Shown here: in pieces, positions 28,480 to 38,499 of the stretch
Layout of the letters: every line of letters starts with the position of its first letter
Position numbering within the stretch: position 1 is the stretch's first letter
From: a bacterium
GTDB taxonomy: Bacteria > JAMCPX01
DNA: 64,000 bases
Assembly: GCA_021792615.1 (NCBI GenBank)
Contig: JAJYUJ010000006.1
Coordinates: 15,700-79,699 of the forward strand
Direction: 5' to 3'
The notes under the pieces: generated by a model
Database searches by the model: none
Told to the model about the DNA's origin: nothing
Seen by the model: only the letters and a program-made list of their open reading frames with translations
Translations under genes and position numbers: made by a program

Positions 28480-29004
28480 ATGGAAAGTGATTTCAGAATG
28501 AACGAACGGAAAGATAAAAAGGCCTTTGAAAGACCGCCATGGGACGATTATTTTATAGAGATTGCGAAGGCCGTCTCCTCGCGTTCGACGTGCCTGAGGA
28601 GAAAATATGGCGCCGTGATCGTCAAGGACAACGTGATCATAAGCACGGGCTATAACGGCTCGCCCAGGGGCATGCCGAACTGTTCCGACATCAATACCTG
28701 TAAACGCAAGGAACTCAATATCCCTTCCGGAGAACGCTATGAACTGTGCGAGGCTGTACACGCCGAGCAAAATGCGATCATAAACGGCACACCCGAGAGG
28801 ATGAAGGACGCAACGATCTATATTGCCGGGATCGAGGTCGAACAGCCCGGGTTTGCCGATGGAAGGCCGTGCCTTCTGTGCAGACGCATGATCCGGAACG
28901 CGCAGATTAAAACGGTCATCTACCTGTCAAAGGACGGCAGGATCGTACAAACAAGCAATATGAACACGCTGGAAGACCCTGTTCCCCTTCGTGGACTTAA
29001 ATAA
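28480..29004 (+). CDS. dCMP deaminase (ComEB-like cytidine/deoxycytidylate deaminase)
   Basis: Zinc-binding motifs HAEQNAI and PCLLCRRMI, with N-terminal WDDYFIEIAKAVSSRSTC. Confidence 0.8.
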   Translation: MESDFRMNERKDKKAFERPPWDDYFIEIAKAVSSRSTCLRRKYGAVIVKDNVIISTGYNGSPRGMPNCSDINTCKRKELNIPSGERYELCEAVHAEQNAIINGTPERMKDATIYIAGIEVEQPGFADGRPCLLCRRMIRNAQIKTVIYLSKDGRIVQTSNMNTLEDPVPLRGLK

Positions 29005-29177
29005 GCTCTATTCTGCAATCTCCACGCATTCCCCTCCCGTCAAGTTCCAGACAGAGCGGAACATGGTTTGCCTTTGAACCGAAGAGTTTTCCATGGGAAT
29101 GAAGAGCGCTCCCACCCTTCCAGTCTTTCCCCCTCGTTCAGGAAAGGATTTCTTACCTGCGATCAGCCCGTGCACGA

Positions 29178-30536
29178 TCAGAACACATAGCTTGCCTTCA
29201 GAAATACCTCGGAGTTGCCGATGATATTGCCGAAGACCGTTCCGCTGTCGCCTGCAAAAATGTATCCTCCGACGGCCATGGTTATGTTGTCATACGGCAT
29301 CCAGTCAAGCTCCGGATAAAACATATAGCTGGTAAGATTATGCTGGGCCAATTCCGTGATAATCGCTATCTGTGCCTTCAGCTTATCGTACAAGAAGCTG
29401 CGGTTCGCCATGAGACTCAGGTAATTCTGGAGCTGATTGCCTATTTCATAAAACTCTCCATGGAGGAACTGGAGGTTTGCATAGGTACCGTCGTTGAATG
29501 TATAATCGGTACCCAACACATATTTGACGAACGGTGAGGTTGCTATATCGTACGATGCTGCGGGATACGGCATATTCAGGACATAACTGTTGAACCTCAC
29601 CGGCTGCTGCGGTATGTTCAAAGCTATCTCGCCCCATACTCCGTGGTCCCCGATCGAACCTGCGAAATCCGCACCTATGATAGAAAGTCTCGGAAAATCG
29701 AGATTCGCATTTGCTATGATACTGTTTCCCGATGTCGTAATATTTGCAGAGGCGAGCTCGGGCAGTGTGTAGAAACCGTTATAATAGCTCAATGAAATGT
29801 CATAGCCATACAAAGCCTTCTTCGCCACCCTGAAGCCGTAACTCAAATCGCCGGGCATTGACTGCGCCGGCTCGGTCAGTCCTATGTTGATCTGATTGAG
29901 GTGCAACCATGGAGGTATCGGTTCGGAAGGTATAAATGCCGTTACCCATTTGTCTGAAGGAAGGACCGATGGAACAAACAGGGGTTCTATGACACCGGTC
30001 AACGAGATCTCGTGCGGGAAATAATATTCTGCAACAAGCAGAGGTACCGGCAGTTTATTGTTGAAGGCAAAAGGGTCTTCAAGGTCATAAGGGTTCACGT
30101 TGTTCGTAACATTCAACTCATCCGCTGTGCCCCAGTTGAGGATCTGTTTGCCGATTTTGACATCGAGGTTCTCCAGTAAAAAGCTGTAAAACTCGACATA
30201 CACCTGTCTGACGTCGAGATAGGTCGGCGGTTCTGAACTATACTGCTGCAATTGCGGCAGGTAGGTGGTCGGCTGTGTTATGCCGAAGCCCCGGAACCAA
30301 ACCTCGCCGTAAGCGTACAGTTCGTGTATCCTTTTTGCGGCAGTCAGGGTTACTCTGTATTCCTCCCTGCTGATATTTCCGTTCCCGGTCTCTGCCCGTG
30401 TATCCACGAGCAGGCTCCCGGAAACAGGGTTGTCCGCAAACACGGCATGAGATATCGACAGTAAGAGTATCGTCATTCCTGCGAAAGCAGGAATCCAGCG
30501 TTTTAGTATAGTCATCATAACTGTTTTGTTCTTCAT
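29178..30536 (-). CDS. putative outer-membrane beta-barrel protein; 5' end contains a dispersed hairpin repeat
   Basis: 452 aa. The N-terminal signal-peptide-like region and the C-terminus (..LKASYVF, aromatic terminal residue) are typical of OM beta-barrels, with alternating hydrophobic beta-strand patterns. Residues 14-22 (WIPAFAGMT) are encoded by repeat copy C. An alternative start is Met21 (30476) within the repeat. Family not assigned. Confidence 0.5.
   Translation of the reverse strand: MKNKTVMMTILKRWIPAFAGMTILLLSISHAVFADNPVSGSLLVDTRAETGNGNISREEYRVTLTAAKRIHELYAYGEVWFRGFGITQPTTYLPQLQQYSSEPPTYLDVRQVYVEFYSFLLENLDVKIGKQILNWGTADELNVTNNVNPYDLEDPFAFNNKLPVPLLVAEYYFPHEISLTGVIEPLFVPSVLPSDKWVTAFIPSEPIPPWLHLNQINIGLTEPAQSMPGDLSYGFRVAKKALYGYDISLSYYNGFYTLPELASANITTSGNSIIANANLDFPRLSIIGADFAGSIGDHGVWGEIALNIPQQPVRFNSYVLNMPYPAASYDIATSPFVKYVLGTDYTFNDGTYANLQFLHGEFYEIGNQLQNYLSLMANRSFLYDKLKAQIAIITELAQHNLTSYMFYPELDWMPYDNITMAVGGYIFAGDSGTVFGNIIGNSEVFLKASYVF
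30472..30498. repeat. hairpin repeat, same family, copy C (inside CDS 5' end)
   Basis: gtcattcctgcgaaagcaggaatccag, with a perfect 8-bp stem CATTCCTGC/GCAGGAATG-like. On the minus strand it translates to WIPAFAGMT. Confidence 0.8.
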
Positions 30537-30636
30537 ATATTTTTGGTTAAAAAGAGCGGCGATGGATCACATTGTCCATCACCCCGGATTGTTTTTTCAT
30601 AGCATCTCCCGGTTTTGTTTGCAATCATCTTTCCGT

Positions 30637-32406
30637 TCATAGAAACGCCTTTTTAGGGTCGAACAGCCGCATGGTAACGAGCGTCTCCTGCGATGGATAC
30701 GCTACGGGTTTCAGATTGCTCGCTATGCCCACATTCCATCCGGTCTTTTCCTTAACAGCCCTCACGTGTGCATCGATGTCCATACCGGGCTTTTGCGGAT
30801 ACCGGGTAAAAACAAATTCGTTCTTTTCGTCTTTTTCGAATACCCCCATATCCGTTACCAGCGTACTCACCTTTTTGCCGGGTCCCGTTATATAAGACAC
30901 CCTGTCGACAAAACGCATCTGGTTCAACGGACACACAACGATGGTTTCCTGCGCCCCCGCAGTAACATCGTTCCCGCCGCCGGACCCGACCAGGAATATG
31001 CCGTCACCGACCCTCGTCGAATTGATATTGCCGAACCTGTCGACCTGGCCTGCCCCGATGATACCGATTGTTTTGTTTGAATAACCCCCGACCATCAAGC
31101 CGAGTGCATCGAATGCGCTCGTCAGCATTTTACACGTCGGTATGTTCGCAAAATTAAAAATAAAAGGATTCCCTGGCCGCGGGTAATACCCGTAGAAACC
31201 TACCTCTGCTATGAGCTCCACATCGACCTTCTCCTGTTTCAACTTCACGGCGGACAGCCATGCCGCGATGTTCGAGTTCCCGATTCCCGCGAGCACGGCC
31301 CTGTATGATTTGTCGCGTATTTTCTCTTCAAGGACAACCGATGCCATTGCGGTCATGAGCTCATTTTTCGACGGCTGGTCCGATGGAGATATGGTGTCCT
31401 GAACATCCTTGATCTCATCGGCCCATGAAAGGGGTTTTGCCTTTCCTTTCAGATACAGCTGCTTTTGACTGCCGAGCTTATGAAGATACCCGTCATGGTC
31501 CTGTACTCCCGTTATCCAGTCGTGGATCCACGTATCGAGGGTGTCCAGGGATTTTGCCGCTTCCCTGAACCCGAGTATAAAATCATAATCTTCGCTGTAC
31601 CCGTCAAACTCGGAAAACCCGCTTTCTGCCATACCGCTGGGATGTGAGCCGAACTCCATAGGTACAACCGCCTTTACGAGGTACGACGGCAGCTTTGAAA
31701 GGTGGGAATATTTGCGTATAACGTCCTCATCGACGATATGCTCTGCCGAAAGAATCACGCCGTTGCGGCTTGCATAGGCGCCATAGAACTCCTCTGCATA
31801 GGGCGGTGTGAATATCGCATGACCCGATTTGTCCGCAACAAAGGCATGATACAGGGAAATATCCGGGTTCACGGCTTTCAGCGCACCTATCTCTTTCGAC
31901 GGCTCGAACGGCATCGGTATTCTTTTGAAACTGCCGGCGTTTTCTGTCTCCATGGTGCTGTCCATAATGGAGTTTACCGGTAAAAAGCCGACCCCCAGTG
32001 CACCTGCCATAAGCCTGAGCGTAAATGCAAGAATACTCCAATTCTCGATGTCCACCTGCTTGTTCAGATAGAGGTTTTGAACGACGATGTTCGGGGTCGG
32101 AGACGGATAGGGATCCCCGGCGTACGTTGTTATGACCTTTTTTACCATGCCGAGATGCATCATAACGATAATGTGGTTGATGGCACCAAGGGTTATTATG
32201 TCAAACCCAGGTTTTGTCTTATAAAACTGCCGGATCAGTTCATAGGAAAGTCCGTACGGAATGCTGTTCGTTATACCGATATGGATTGCCATACCGGGTT
32301 TGATGAAATTTCTTATCGCTGCATCCGCACTCATTATCTTGTCCGTGCCGTCTTCCTTCGGAAGACTCGTGAAAGATTCAAGTACATTTTTAACGAATTT
32401 GTCCAT
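30637..32406 (-). CDS. family-I CoA-transferase, fused A+B subunits (glutaconate/3-oxoacid CoA-transferase-like)
   Basis: 589 aa. The N-terminal half is CoA-transferase subunit-A-like. The C-terminal half is subunit-B-like (IGIIGAGQVDRFGNINST, GSGGGNDV). Confidence 0.65.
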   Translation of the reverse strand: MDKFVKNVLESFTSLPKEDGTDKIMSADAAIRNFIKPGMAIHIGITNSIPYGLSYELIRQFYKTKPGFDIITLGAINHIIVMMHLGMVKKVITTYAGDPYPSPTPNIVVQNLYLNKQVDIENWSILAFTLRLMAGALGVGFLPVNSIMDSTMETENAGSFKRIPMPFEPSKEIGALKAVNPDISLYHAFVADKSGHAIFTPPYAEEFYGAYASRNGVILSAEHIVDEDVIRKYSHLSKLPSYLVKAVVPMEFGSHPSGMAESGFSEFDGYSEDYDFILGFREAAKSLDTLDTWIHDWITGVQDHDGYLHKLGSQKQLYLKGKAKPLSWADEIKDVQDTISPSDQPSKNELMTAMASVVLEEKIRDKSYRAVLAGIGNSNIAAWLSAVKLKQEKVDVELIAEVGFYGYYPRPGNPFIFNFANIPTCKMLTSAFDALGLMVGGYSNKTIGIIGAGQVDRFGNINSTRVGDGIFLVGSGGGNDVTAGAQETIVVCPLNQMRFVDRVSYITGPGKKVSTLVTDMGVFEKDEKNEFVFTRYPQKPGMDIDAHVRAVKEKTGWNVGIASNLKPVAYPSQETLVTMRLFDPKKAFL

Positions 32407-32478
32407 GATACTTCTCTCCTTGACTATTGTATGTATCTGATCAGACTTGTTCCCGTAGAAGCAGTTTCCCGGCAGCCC

Positions 32479-33081
32479 CTAACCTTTTTGACGCGTGATC
32501 GTGTTCCAGATATCTTCTGCCTGCTTTTTTGTTTGTTCCGTACCGGAGGAATTGTCTATGATAAAGTCTGCTTTTTTTTGTTTTTCCTCGATAGGCATTT
32601 GGGCACGGATCCTTTCGAGTATGTGTTCATACGGCATCTCCGGTGTCCTGCTCTGTATACGCTTTATCTGGGCATCCCGGCTGCAAACGACAACAATGAC
32701 GGGACGTAACCAGCTGTCCGCACCCGATTCAAACAGCAGCGGCACATCAAGGATAATGATGCCTTCCTTATCTTTCCTGAGATTGATTTCATCCCGGATT
32801 TTCTCAAACACGTAGGGATGAATAAGCTGCTCAAGCCATCTTCTCTCTGTTGAGTCGCTAAATATGATCTCTGCTATCTTTTGCCGGTCGGCTTCAAGAT
32901 CGTTGTTCAGTATTTTTTTCCCATACCTGTTTACGACCTGATCATACCCCGGCATACCTTTTGATAAGTATGTCCTGGCGATCTCGTCAGAATCGATGAC
33001 AACAGCCCCGAGCGATTCGAATATACGGGCAACCGTGGATTTGCCTGTACCTATTCCGCCTGTCAATCCGACAATTTTCAT
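32479..33081 (-). CDS. coaE: dephospho-CoA kinase
   Basis: 200 aa with P-loop GLTGGIGTGKST and typical CoaE length. Confidence 0.85.
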   Translation of the reverse strand: MKIVGLTGGIGTGKSTVARIFESLGAVVIDSDEIARTYLSKGMPGYDQVVNRYGKKILNNDLEADRQKIAEIIFSDSTERRWLEQLIHPYVFEKIRDEINLRKDKEGIIILDVPLLFESGADSWLRPVIVVVCSRDAQIKRIQSRTPEMPYEHILERIRAQMPIEEKQKKADFIIDNSSGTEQTKKQAEDIWNTITRQKG

Positions 33082-33269
33082 GGCACGAACTTATGTTAAA
33101 TTGACATATATGTCAAGAATATGAAGAGGATGGAAACAGAGGGTACCGTTAGCAAGGGGTAAAGAAATAAGAGTGAGGAGCGGACAATGATGGTCCGAGG
33201 GGACAAGAAAAAGAGTCCAGAGTCAGGATTTTTTACCCGGCATTCCTGACTCCGGACTGCGAAACCATC

Positions 33270-34586
33270 TTACATATTGTATCCTTCTTCGCCATGCTGG
33301 GTGATATCAAGTCCCATGACCTCTTCTTCCTGGGTAACCCTCAATCCCATGGTCCAATCCAGCACCTTCAGAATGATAAATGTTACTACAAAGCCGTACA
33401 CAATGGTAGCTGCGACAGCGATAAACTGTACCAGTAATTGTTTCGGATTGCCGTAAAACAGTCCGTTTGCACCGCCGGCATTAATGGCAACGCTTGCAAA
33501 AAGTCCTGTCGCAAGCGCCCCAAACGTACCGCCGACACCATGCACACCGACAACGTCCAGCGCATCATCGTAGCCTAACTTCGGCTTCAAGCTTACGGCA
33601 TAGTAGCACAGCATACCGGCAATAAAGCCTATAATGATGGCCGGTATGGGCCCTACATACCCGGATGCAGGTGTAATTGCGACGAGCCCTGCCACAGCAC
33701 CACTCGCTGCGCCAAGCATGGTCGGTTTTCCGCTCTTTTTCCATTCTGCAGCAAGCCATCCGAGTGTTGCTGCTGCTGCAGCTATGTTCGTTACGACAAA
33801 TGCGGACCCCGCAAGTGCACCGGCAGAAAGGGCACTGCCTGCATTGAACCCGAACCATCCGAACCACAGCAGCGATGCACCGATAACCGTCATGGTAAGA
33901 TTGTGGGGCGGGTTGTGTTCTTTACCATAGTTGTGCCGTTTACCGATGATAAGAACAGCGGCAAGCGCGGATATTGCAGAGCTTATGTGGACGACGGTAC
34001 CGCCTGCGAAATCAAGCGCTCCAAGGTTGTGTATCCATCCTCCGGTGCCCCATACCCAGTGGGCAATGGGATCATAAACCAGGGTGGCCCATAAAATGAT
34101 AAATACCAGAAAGGTCTTAAATTTCATTCGTTCGGCAAAGGCACCCGTGATCAGCCCGGGCGTTATTACGGCAAACATCATCTGGAACATCATAAATACC
34201 TCATGAGGTATTGTAGGAGCGTAATTGGGGTTTGGTGCAAACCCGACATGGTTAAGCCCGAACCATTTCAGGCTTCCTATAATCCCATGGATGTCCGGAC
34301 CGAAGGAAAGGCTGTAACCCCATAAAACCCATTGGATACTAATAACCGCAAGGAGAATAAAGCTCTGCATGATTGTTGCAAGCACATTCTTTTTTCTGAC
34401 CATACCACCGTAAAACAATGCAAGCCCCGGTGTCATCAGCATGACCAGTGCCGTTGCAATAAGCACGAACGCGGTATCCCCTGCACTAACCCTGTTCACT
34501 GCAGTTCCGGTTGCGTCAGCGTTCGCTATTGCAGGCGTGAGCAGAGTCATAAGGAATAAAGGTGTTTTTGCCATATATTTTTTCAT
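33270..34586 (-). CDS. amtB: ammonium transporter (Amt family), paralog 1, with signal peptide
   Basis: 438 aa. After the signal peptide come DTAFVLIATALVMLMTPGLALFYGGMVRKKNVLA and the twin-His and Phe-gate regions typical of Amt. Confidence 0.9.
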   Translation of the reverse strand: MKKYMAKTPLFLMTLLTPAIANADATGTAVNRVSAGDTAFVLIATALVMLMTPGLALFYGGMVRKKNVLATIMQSFILLAVISIQWVLWGYSLSFGPDIHGIIGSLKWFGLNHVGFAPNPNYAPTIPHEVFMMFQMMFAVITPGLITGAFAERMKFKTFLVFIILWATLVYDPIAHWVWGTGGWIHNLGALDFAGGTVVHISSAISALAAVLIIGKRHNYGKEHNPPHNLTMTVIGASLLWFGWFGFNAGSALSAGALAGSAFVVTNIAAAAATLGWLAAEWKKSGKPTMLGAASGAVAGLVAITPASGYVGPIPAIIIGFIAGMLCYYAVSLKPKLGYDDALDVVGVHGVGGTFGALATGLFASVAINAGGANGLFYGNPKQLLVQFIAVAATIVYGFVVTFIILKVLDWTMGLRVTQEEEVMGLDITQHGEEGYNM

Positions 34587-34733
34587 TTTTTCTCCTCTAA
34601 CGATCTTAAGAGTACAAAATTGTAATGAGCAGTTTATATGCCAGCGCCCGTACGGTCATTCTATGACAATTTTGTTGCACTTAATCTACAAGTTTGTATG
34701 GCGGTAACATAAAAGGCCGGGAGAAAAAGGGGG

Positions 34734-35459
34734 TCAAAGGATTAAGCCGGAAAATGCGGTAAACACCTGCTTACTCGTTTTGTTCAACAGACCGCTATAT
34801 TTTTTTGTATCTCCGAGTATCATGGAAACATCGATGCTCGTTTTCAAGGTATCCAACTCTGCTTTGTATTCATGAATCCATGCCTTTATATCCGCTTCTC
34901 TGGTCTCAATATGAAACTGCAGGCCATAGATAGTGTCTATTCTGAACGCCTGATTCGCATAGAGCTGCGAACCCGCAAGCACAACGGCGTCGCCGGGAAG
35001 ATCAAAGGTGTCCCCATGCCATTGAAACACCTTCATGGTTGCAGGATTGCCTTTGGCAGCTTCAACTGAAGCAAAAAGACTGTCGTTTGGCGCCTGCGCT
35101 GTAAAATGTATATCATACCACCCGATCTCTTTTGTTCCGCCTTTGTATACCCTTCCGCCCAGTGCCTGGGCTACCATCTGGGAACCAAGGCATATCCCGA
35201 TAACCGGCAGTTTTGCGTCCCGCGCCTTCCTGATAAGCGAGAGTTCTTTTTCGATAAACGGATATTTATCTTGTTCATAAACACCCATGGGACCTCCGAG
35301 GATGATAAGAGCGCGGTAATCCGCTGCATCGTGCGGAATCCTGTCCTTCCACGTATCTATATAAATGTAGGGAATACCTCTGTCTGCCAGGACATTTTGT
35401 ATCGTGCCGAGTCCCTCAACGCTTATATGCCGTATGACTGCTACCGGTTTATTCATCAT
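34734..35459 (-). CDS. class-I glutamine amidotransferase-like protein (GATase1, GMP-synthase N-domain-like)
   Basis: 241 aa with catalytic triad context GICLGSQ (Cys) and HIE near the C-terminus (QFHIETR). It lies between the two amt genes and ends 2 nt before the next. Confidence 0.7.
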   Translation of the reverse strand: MMNKPVAVIRHISVEGLGTIQNVLADRGIPYIYIDTWKDRIPHDAADYRALIILGGPMGVYEQDKYPFIEKELSLIRKARDAKLPVIGICLGSQMVAQALGGRVYKGGTKEIGWYDIHFTAQAPNDSLFASVEAAKGNPATMKVFQWHGDTFDLPGDAVVLAGSQLYANQAFRIDTIYGLQFHIETREADIKAWIHEYKAELDTLKTSIDVSMILGDTKKYSGLLNKTSKQVFTAFSGLIL

Positions 35460-35461
35460 GG

Positions 35462-36781
35462 CTACATATTATATCCTTCTTCACCGTGCTGTGTTACATC
35501 AAGTCCGGATATTTCATCTTCACGCGATACCCTGATGCCCATCGTTTTATCAAGCACCTTAAGGATTATTATGGTCAGGACAAAGCAGTATACTGCTATC
35601 ACCAAAACAGCCATTACCTGTGTAAAGAACAGCTTATCGCCTCCGTAAAACAACCCGTTTGCACCTGCAGCGTTGACTGCTAAACTTGCAAAAAGTCCCG
35701 TTGCCAATACGCCCAATACACCGCCGACGCCATGAACACCGACAACATCAAGGGCATCATCATAACCAAATTTGAATTTTAAATTCACCGCATGGTAACA
35801 TAAAGCTCCTGCTGCAAATCCGATAATGATAGCTGCAACCGGAGAAACGAACCCGGATGCAGGAGTAATCGTTGCAAGACCAGCAACAGCACCACTTGCC
35901 GCACCCAGCATAGTAGGCTTTCCATTTTTGAGCCATTCAAAAACAACCCAGCCCAGTGTGCCTGCAGCCCCTGCAATATTGGTAACGACGAATGTTGATG
36001 TTGCCAGCGCACCTGCCGATAGGGCACTGCCTGCATTAAACCCGAACCATCCGAACCACAGCAATGCGGTACCGAGCATGGTCATGGTAAGGTTATGCGG
36101 CATATACCGTGCTTTCCCATAATTATGCCTCTTGCCAATGACAAGGACAGCGGCAAGCGCGGATATACCGGAACTCAGATGAACGACCAGTCCCCCGGCA
36201 AAATCAAGGACGCCGAATGATTTTAACCAGCCGCCATTCCCCCAGACCCAGTGCGTTACCGGATCATAGACGATTGTCGACCATACGATGGTAAATACCA
36301 AAAAGGTGCTGAACTTCATCCGCTCTGCAAATGCACCGGTTATCAGTCCGGGCGTTATAATTGCAAACATCATCTGGAATACCATAAATGCCTGATGGGG
36401 AATGGTCGGTGCATAAACAGGATCAGGGGTAAGTCCTACATGGTTAAGGCCAAACCAGCTTAAACTGCCGATAATACCATGGATGTCGGGACCGAAAGAA
36501 AGGCTGTACCCCCAGAGGACCCATTGAATGCTGATCACCGCAAGGAGTATAAAACTGTGCATAATGGTAGCAAGGACGTTTTTTTTACGTACCATACCGC
36601 CGTAAAACAGAGCGAGCCCGGGTGTCATGAGCATGACGAGTGCTGCGGCTGCAAGTACAAACGCAGTATCTCCGGAATTTATTGTATGCGCGGTATCGAT
36701 GGTCCCCGATACATTTGCGAATGCAATTGACGGTATGGATACAACGATAAAACTCATGATCCCTGATAAAATTTTTTTCAT
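35462..36781 (-). CDS. amtB: ammonium transporter (Amt family), paralog 2
   Basis: The start is chosen at MKKILSG (36781); the ORF-track start adds 16 aa. It is very similar to paralog 1 (DTAFVLAAAALVMLMTPGLALFYGGMVRKKNVLATIMHSFILLAVISIQWVLWGYSLSFGPDIHGIIGSL is nearly identical). Confidence 0.9.
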   Translation of the reverse strand: MKKILSGIMSFIVVSIPSIAFANVSGTIDTAHTINSGDTAFVLAAAALVMLMTPGLALFYGGMVRKKNVLATIMHSFILLAVISIQWVLWGYSLSFGPDIHGIIGSLSWFGLNHVGLTPDPVYAPTIPHQAFMVFQMMFAIITPGLITGAFAERMKFSTFLVFTIVWSTIVYDPVTHWVWGNGGWLKSFGVLDFAGGLVVHLSSGISALAAVLVIGKRHNYGKARYMPHNLTMTMLGTALLWFGWFGFNAGSALSAGALATSTFVVTNIAGAAGTLGWVVFEWLKNGKPTMLGAASGAVAGLATITPASGFVSPVAAIIIGFAAGALCYHAVNLKFKFGYDDALDVVGVHGVGGVLGVLATGLFASLAVNAAGANGLFYGGDKLFFTQVMAVLVIAVYCFVLTIIILKVLDKTMGIRVSREDEISGLDVTQHGEEGYNM

Positions 36782-36894
36782 CTCTCTCCCCCTTGTGCAT
36801 TCACGGTCATCATCTCTTGATCTATTCATAGGGTGAAAAAGGCATAGATAGAGACTGACACGGTTTACAAATACTGTTCTTTTCTTATGGTAGA

Positions 36895-36916
36895 GGGGCG
36901 GTTCAGGAACCGCCCC
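36895..36916. terminator. GC-rich hairpin (terminator/attenuator-like) between glnA and amt
   Basis: GGGGCGGTTC-AG-GAACCGCCCC is a perfect 10-bp inverted repeat, followed by TTTCTT on the plus strand. On the coding (minus) strand the downstream U-tract is weak, so readthrough into amt is plausible. Confidence 0.4.
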
Positions 36917-36934
36917 TTTCTTACAAACGCTAAT

Positions 36935-38347
36935 TTATGCGTCGAAATATAAACTAAACTCCAGCGGAACCGGTCTCAGTTTAACCGGGTTAACCTCTGC
37001 TTTGGTTTTATATTCGATCCATGTTTCAATAACATCAGACGTGAACACATCGCCTTTCAGCAGGAATTCGTGGTCCTTCTTCAATGCATTGAGTGCTTCT
37101 TCGAGGCTGCCGGGTGTGCTCGGTACATTCTTCAATTCCTCGGGTGAAAGCCCGTAGATATCCTTATCGAGCGGCTCACCGGGCTTGATCTTGTTCTGGA
37201 TACCGTCAAGACCCGCCATGAGCATGGCTGAAAATGCAAGGTAACTGTTGGATGCCGGGTCCGGGAACCGTACCTCTATTCTCTTTGATTTCGGACTCGG
37301 TGAGTACATCGGTATTCTGATGGAGGCCGACCTGTTCCTGCTCGAGTAAGCGAGGTTTACCGGTGCCTCAAACCCCGGGACAAGTCTCCGGTAAGAATTC
37401 GTGGTCGGGTTGGTAAATGCACAGATTGCCGCCGCATGTTTGAGTATGCCGCCGATATAATGCATCGCAAGCTCACTCATGCCGCCGTATCCGTTTCCTG
37501 CAAACAAGGGCTTGCCGCCTTTCCAGATGCTCTGGTGCGTGTGCATACCCGATCCGTTGTCTCCGAAGAGGGGCTTGGGCATAAATGTTGCCGTTTTACC
37601 ATTTTTGTGTGCGATGTTCTTGACGACATGCTTATACCACATGACACTGTCACCCATGCGCAACAAGGAATCGAATACCATGTCTATTTCCGCCTGTCCG
37701 CCTGTTGCAACCTCATGGTGATGCTTTTCTATCTTCAGTCCTACATTCTCCATTGCTGTTACAATCTCGCTCCTGATGTCCGTCTGTGAGTCGGTCGGGG
37801 ATACGGGGAAATAACCTTCCTTATACCGCGGCTTGTAACCGAGGTTCGGGTTCTCTATCCTGCCGGTGTTCCACTGTCCTTCCACCGAGTCTATAGAGTA
37901 ATATCCCTCGTTAACGCTCTGGCTGTATCGTATGTCATCGAATATAAAAAACTCCAGCTCCGGACCAAAATAAGCTATGTCACCAATGCCTGTTGATTTT
38001 AAATAATTCTCTGCCTTTCTGGCTATATTTCTCGGATCCCTTGTATAATATTCCTTTGTTATCGGGTCCTGTATGTTGCAGATGATGCTGATCGTCGGTT
38101 CCTGCATAAAAGGGTCGACCATAGCGGTTGATGCGTCCGGTATAACGAGCATATCACTTGCGTGAATCGGCTGCCATCCCCTGATACTGCTGCCGTCGAA
38201 ACCCAGACCTTCTTCAAAAATATCCTCATTTAATTCGTGTACCGGTGCCGTAAAATGCTGCCATGTCCCGATGAAGTCCAGGAACTTCATGTCTACATAA
38301 CGTATCTTCTTCTCCTCGATAAGCTTTAAAACATCTTTTGGTGTCAT
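36935..38347 (-). CDS. glnA: glutamine synthetase type I
   Basis: The start is taken at ATG 38347 (MTPKDV...), preceded by AGGAGG (rc of 38352-38357). GS-I signatures include the ATP-binding region [16 protein letters not shown] and the C-terminal catalytic domain. Confidence 0.9.
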   Translation of the reverse strand: MTPKDVLKLIEEKKIRYVDMKFLDFIGTWQHFTAPVHELNEDIFEEGLGFDGSSIRGWQPIHASDMLVIPDASTAMVDPFMQEPTISIICNIQDPITKEYYTRDPRNIARKAENYLKSTGIGDIAYFGPELEFFIFDDIRYSQSVNEGYYSIDSVEGQWNTGRIENPNLGYKPRYKEGYFPVSPTDSQTDIRSEIVTAMENVGLKIEKHHHEVATGGQAEIDMVFDSLLRMGDSVMWYKHVVKNIAHKNGKTATFMPKPLFGDNGSGMHTHQSIWKGGKPLFAGNGYGGMSELAMHYIGGILKHAAAICAFTNPTTNSYRRLVPGFEAPVNLAYSSRNRSASIRIPMYSPSPKSKRIEVRFPDPASNSYLAFSAMLMAGLDGIQNKIKPGEPLDKDIYGLSPEELKNVPSTPGSLEEALNALKKDHEFLLKGDVFTSDVIETWIEYKTKAEVNPVKLRPVPLEFSLYFDA

Positions 38348-38378
38348 AGTACCTCCTCTTTTTTTATACAAATTTTAA

Positions 38379-38394
38379 TGCACATAACATGCCA
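38379..38394 (-). promoter_or_regulatory. candidate sigma54 (-24/-12) promoter for glnA
   Basis: The minus strand reads TGGCATGTTATGTGCA. The GG and GC elements are spaced exactly as in TGGCAC-N5-TTGCA, with one mismatch in the -12 region. It lies ~30 nt upstream of the glnA ATG, with the RBS in between. A sigma54 activator gene is adjacent upstream. Confidence 0.4.
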
Positions 38395-38499
38395 TTTCCC
38401 GGTGTCAACAATAATATCCGGCTAACGCGATAAAATACATTTTTGTTACAATATAACAACAATTTTGTACATATACAACATTATTGTTGCTTTACTGTA

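Noticed and set aside
34587-34733. glnK/PII gene expected next to amt
   Set aside because: The gaps around both amt genes are too short (147 bp and 2 bp) for a 112-aa protein. Neither strand has a candidate ORF.
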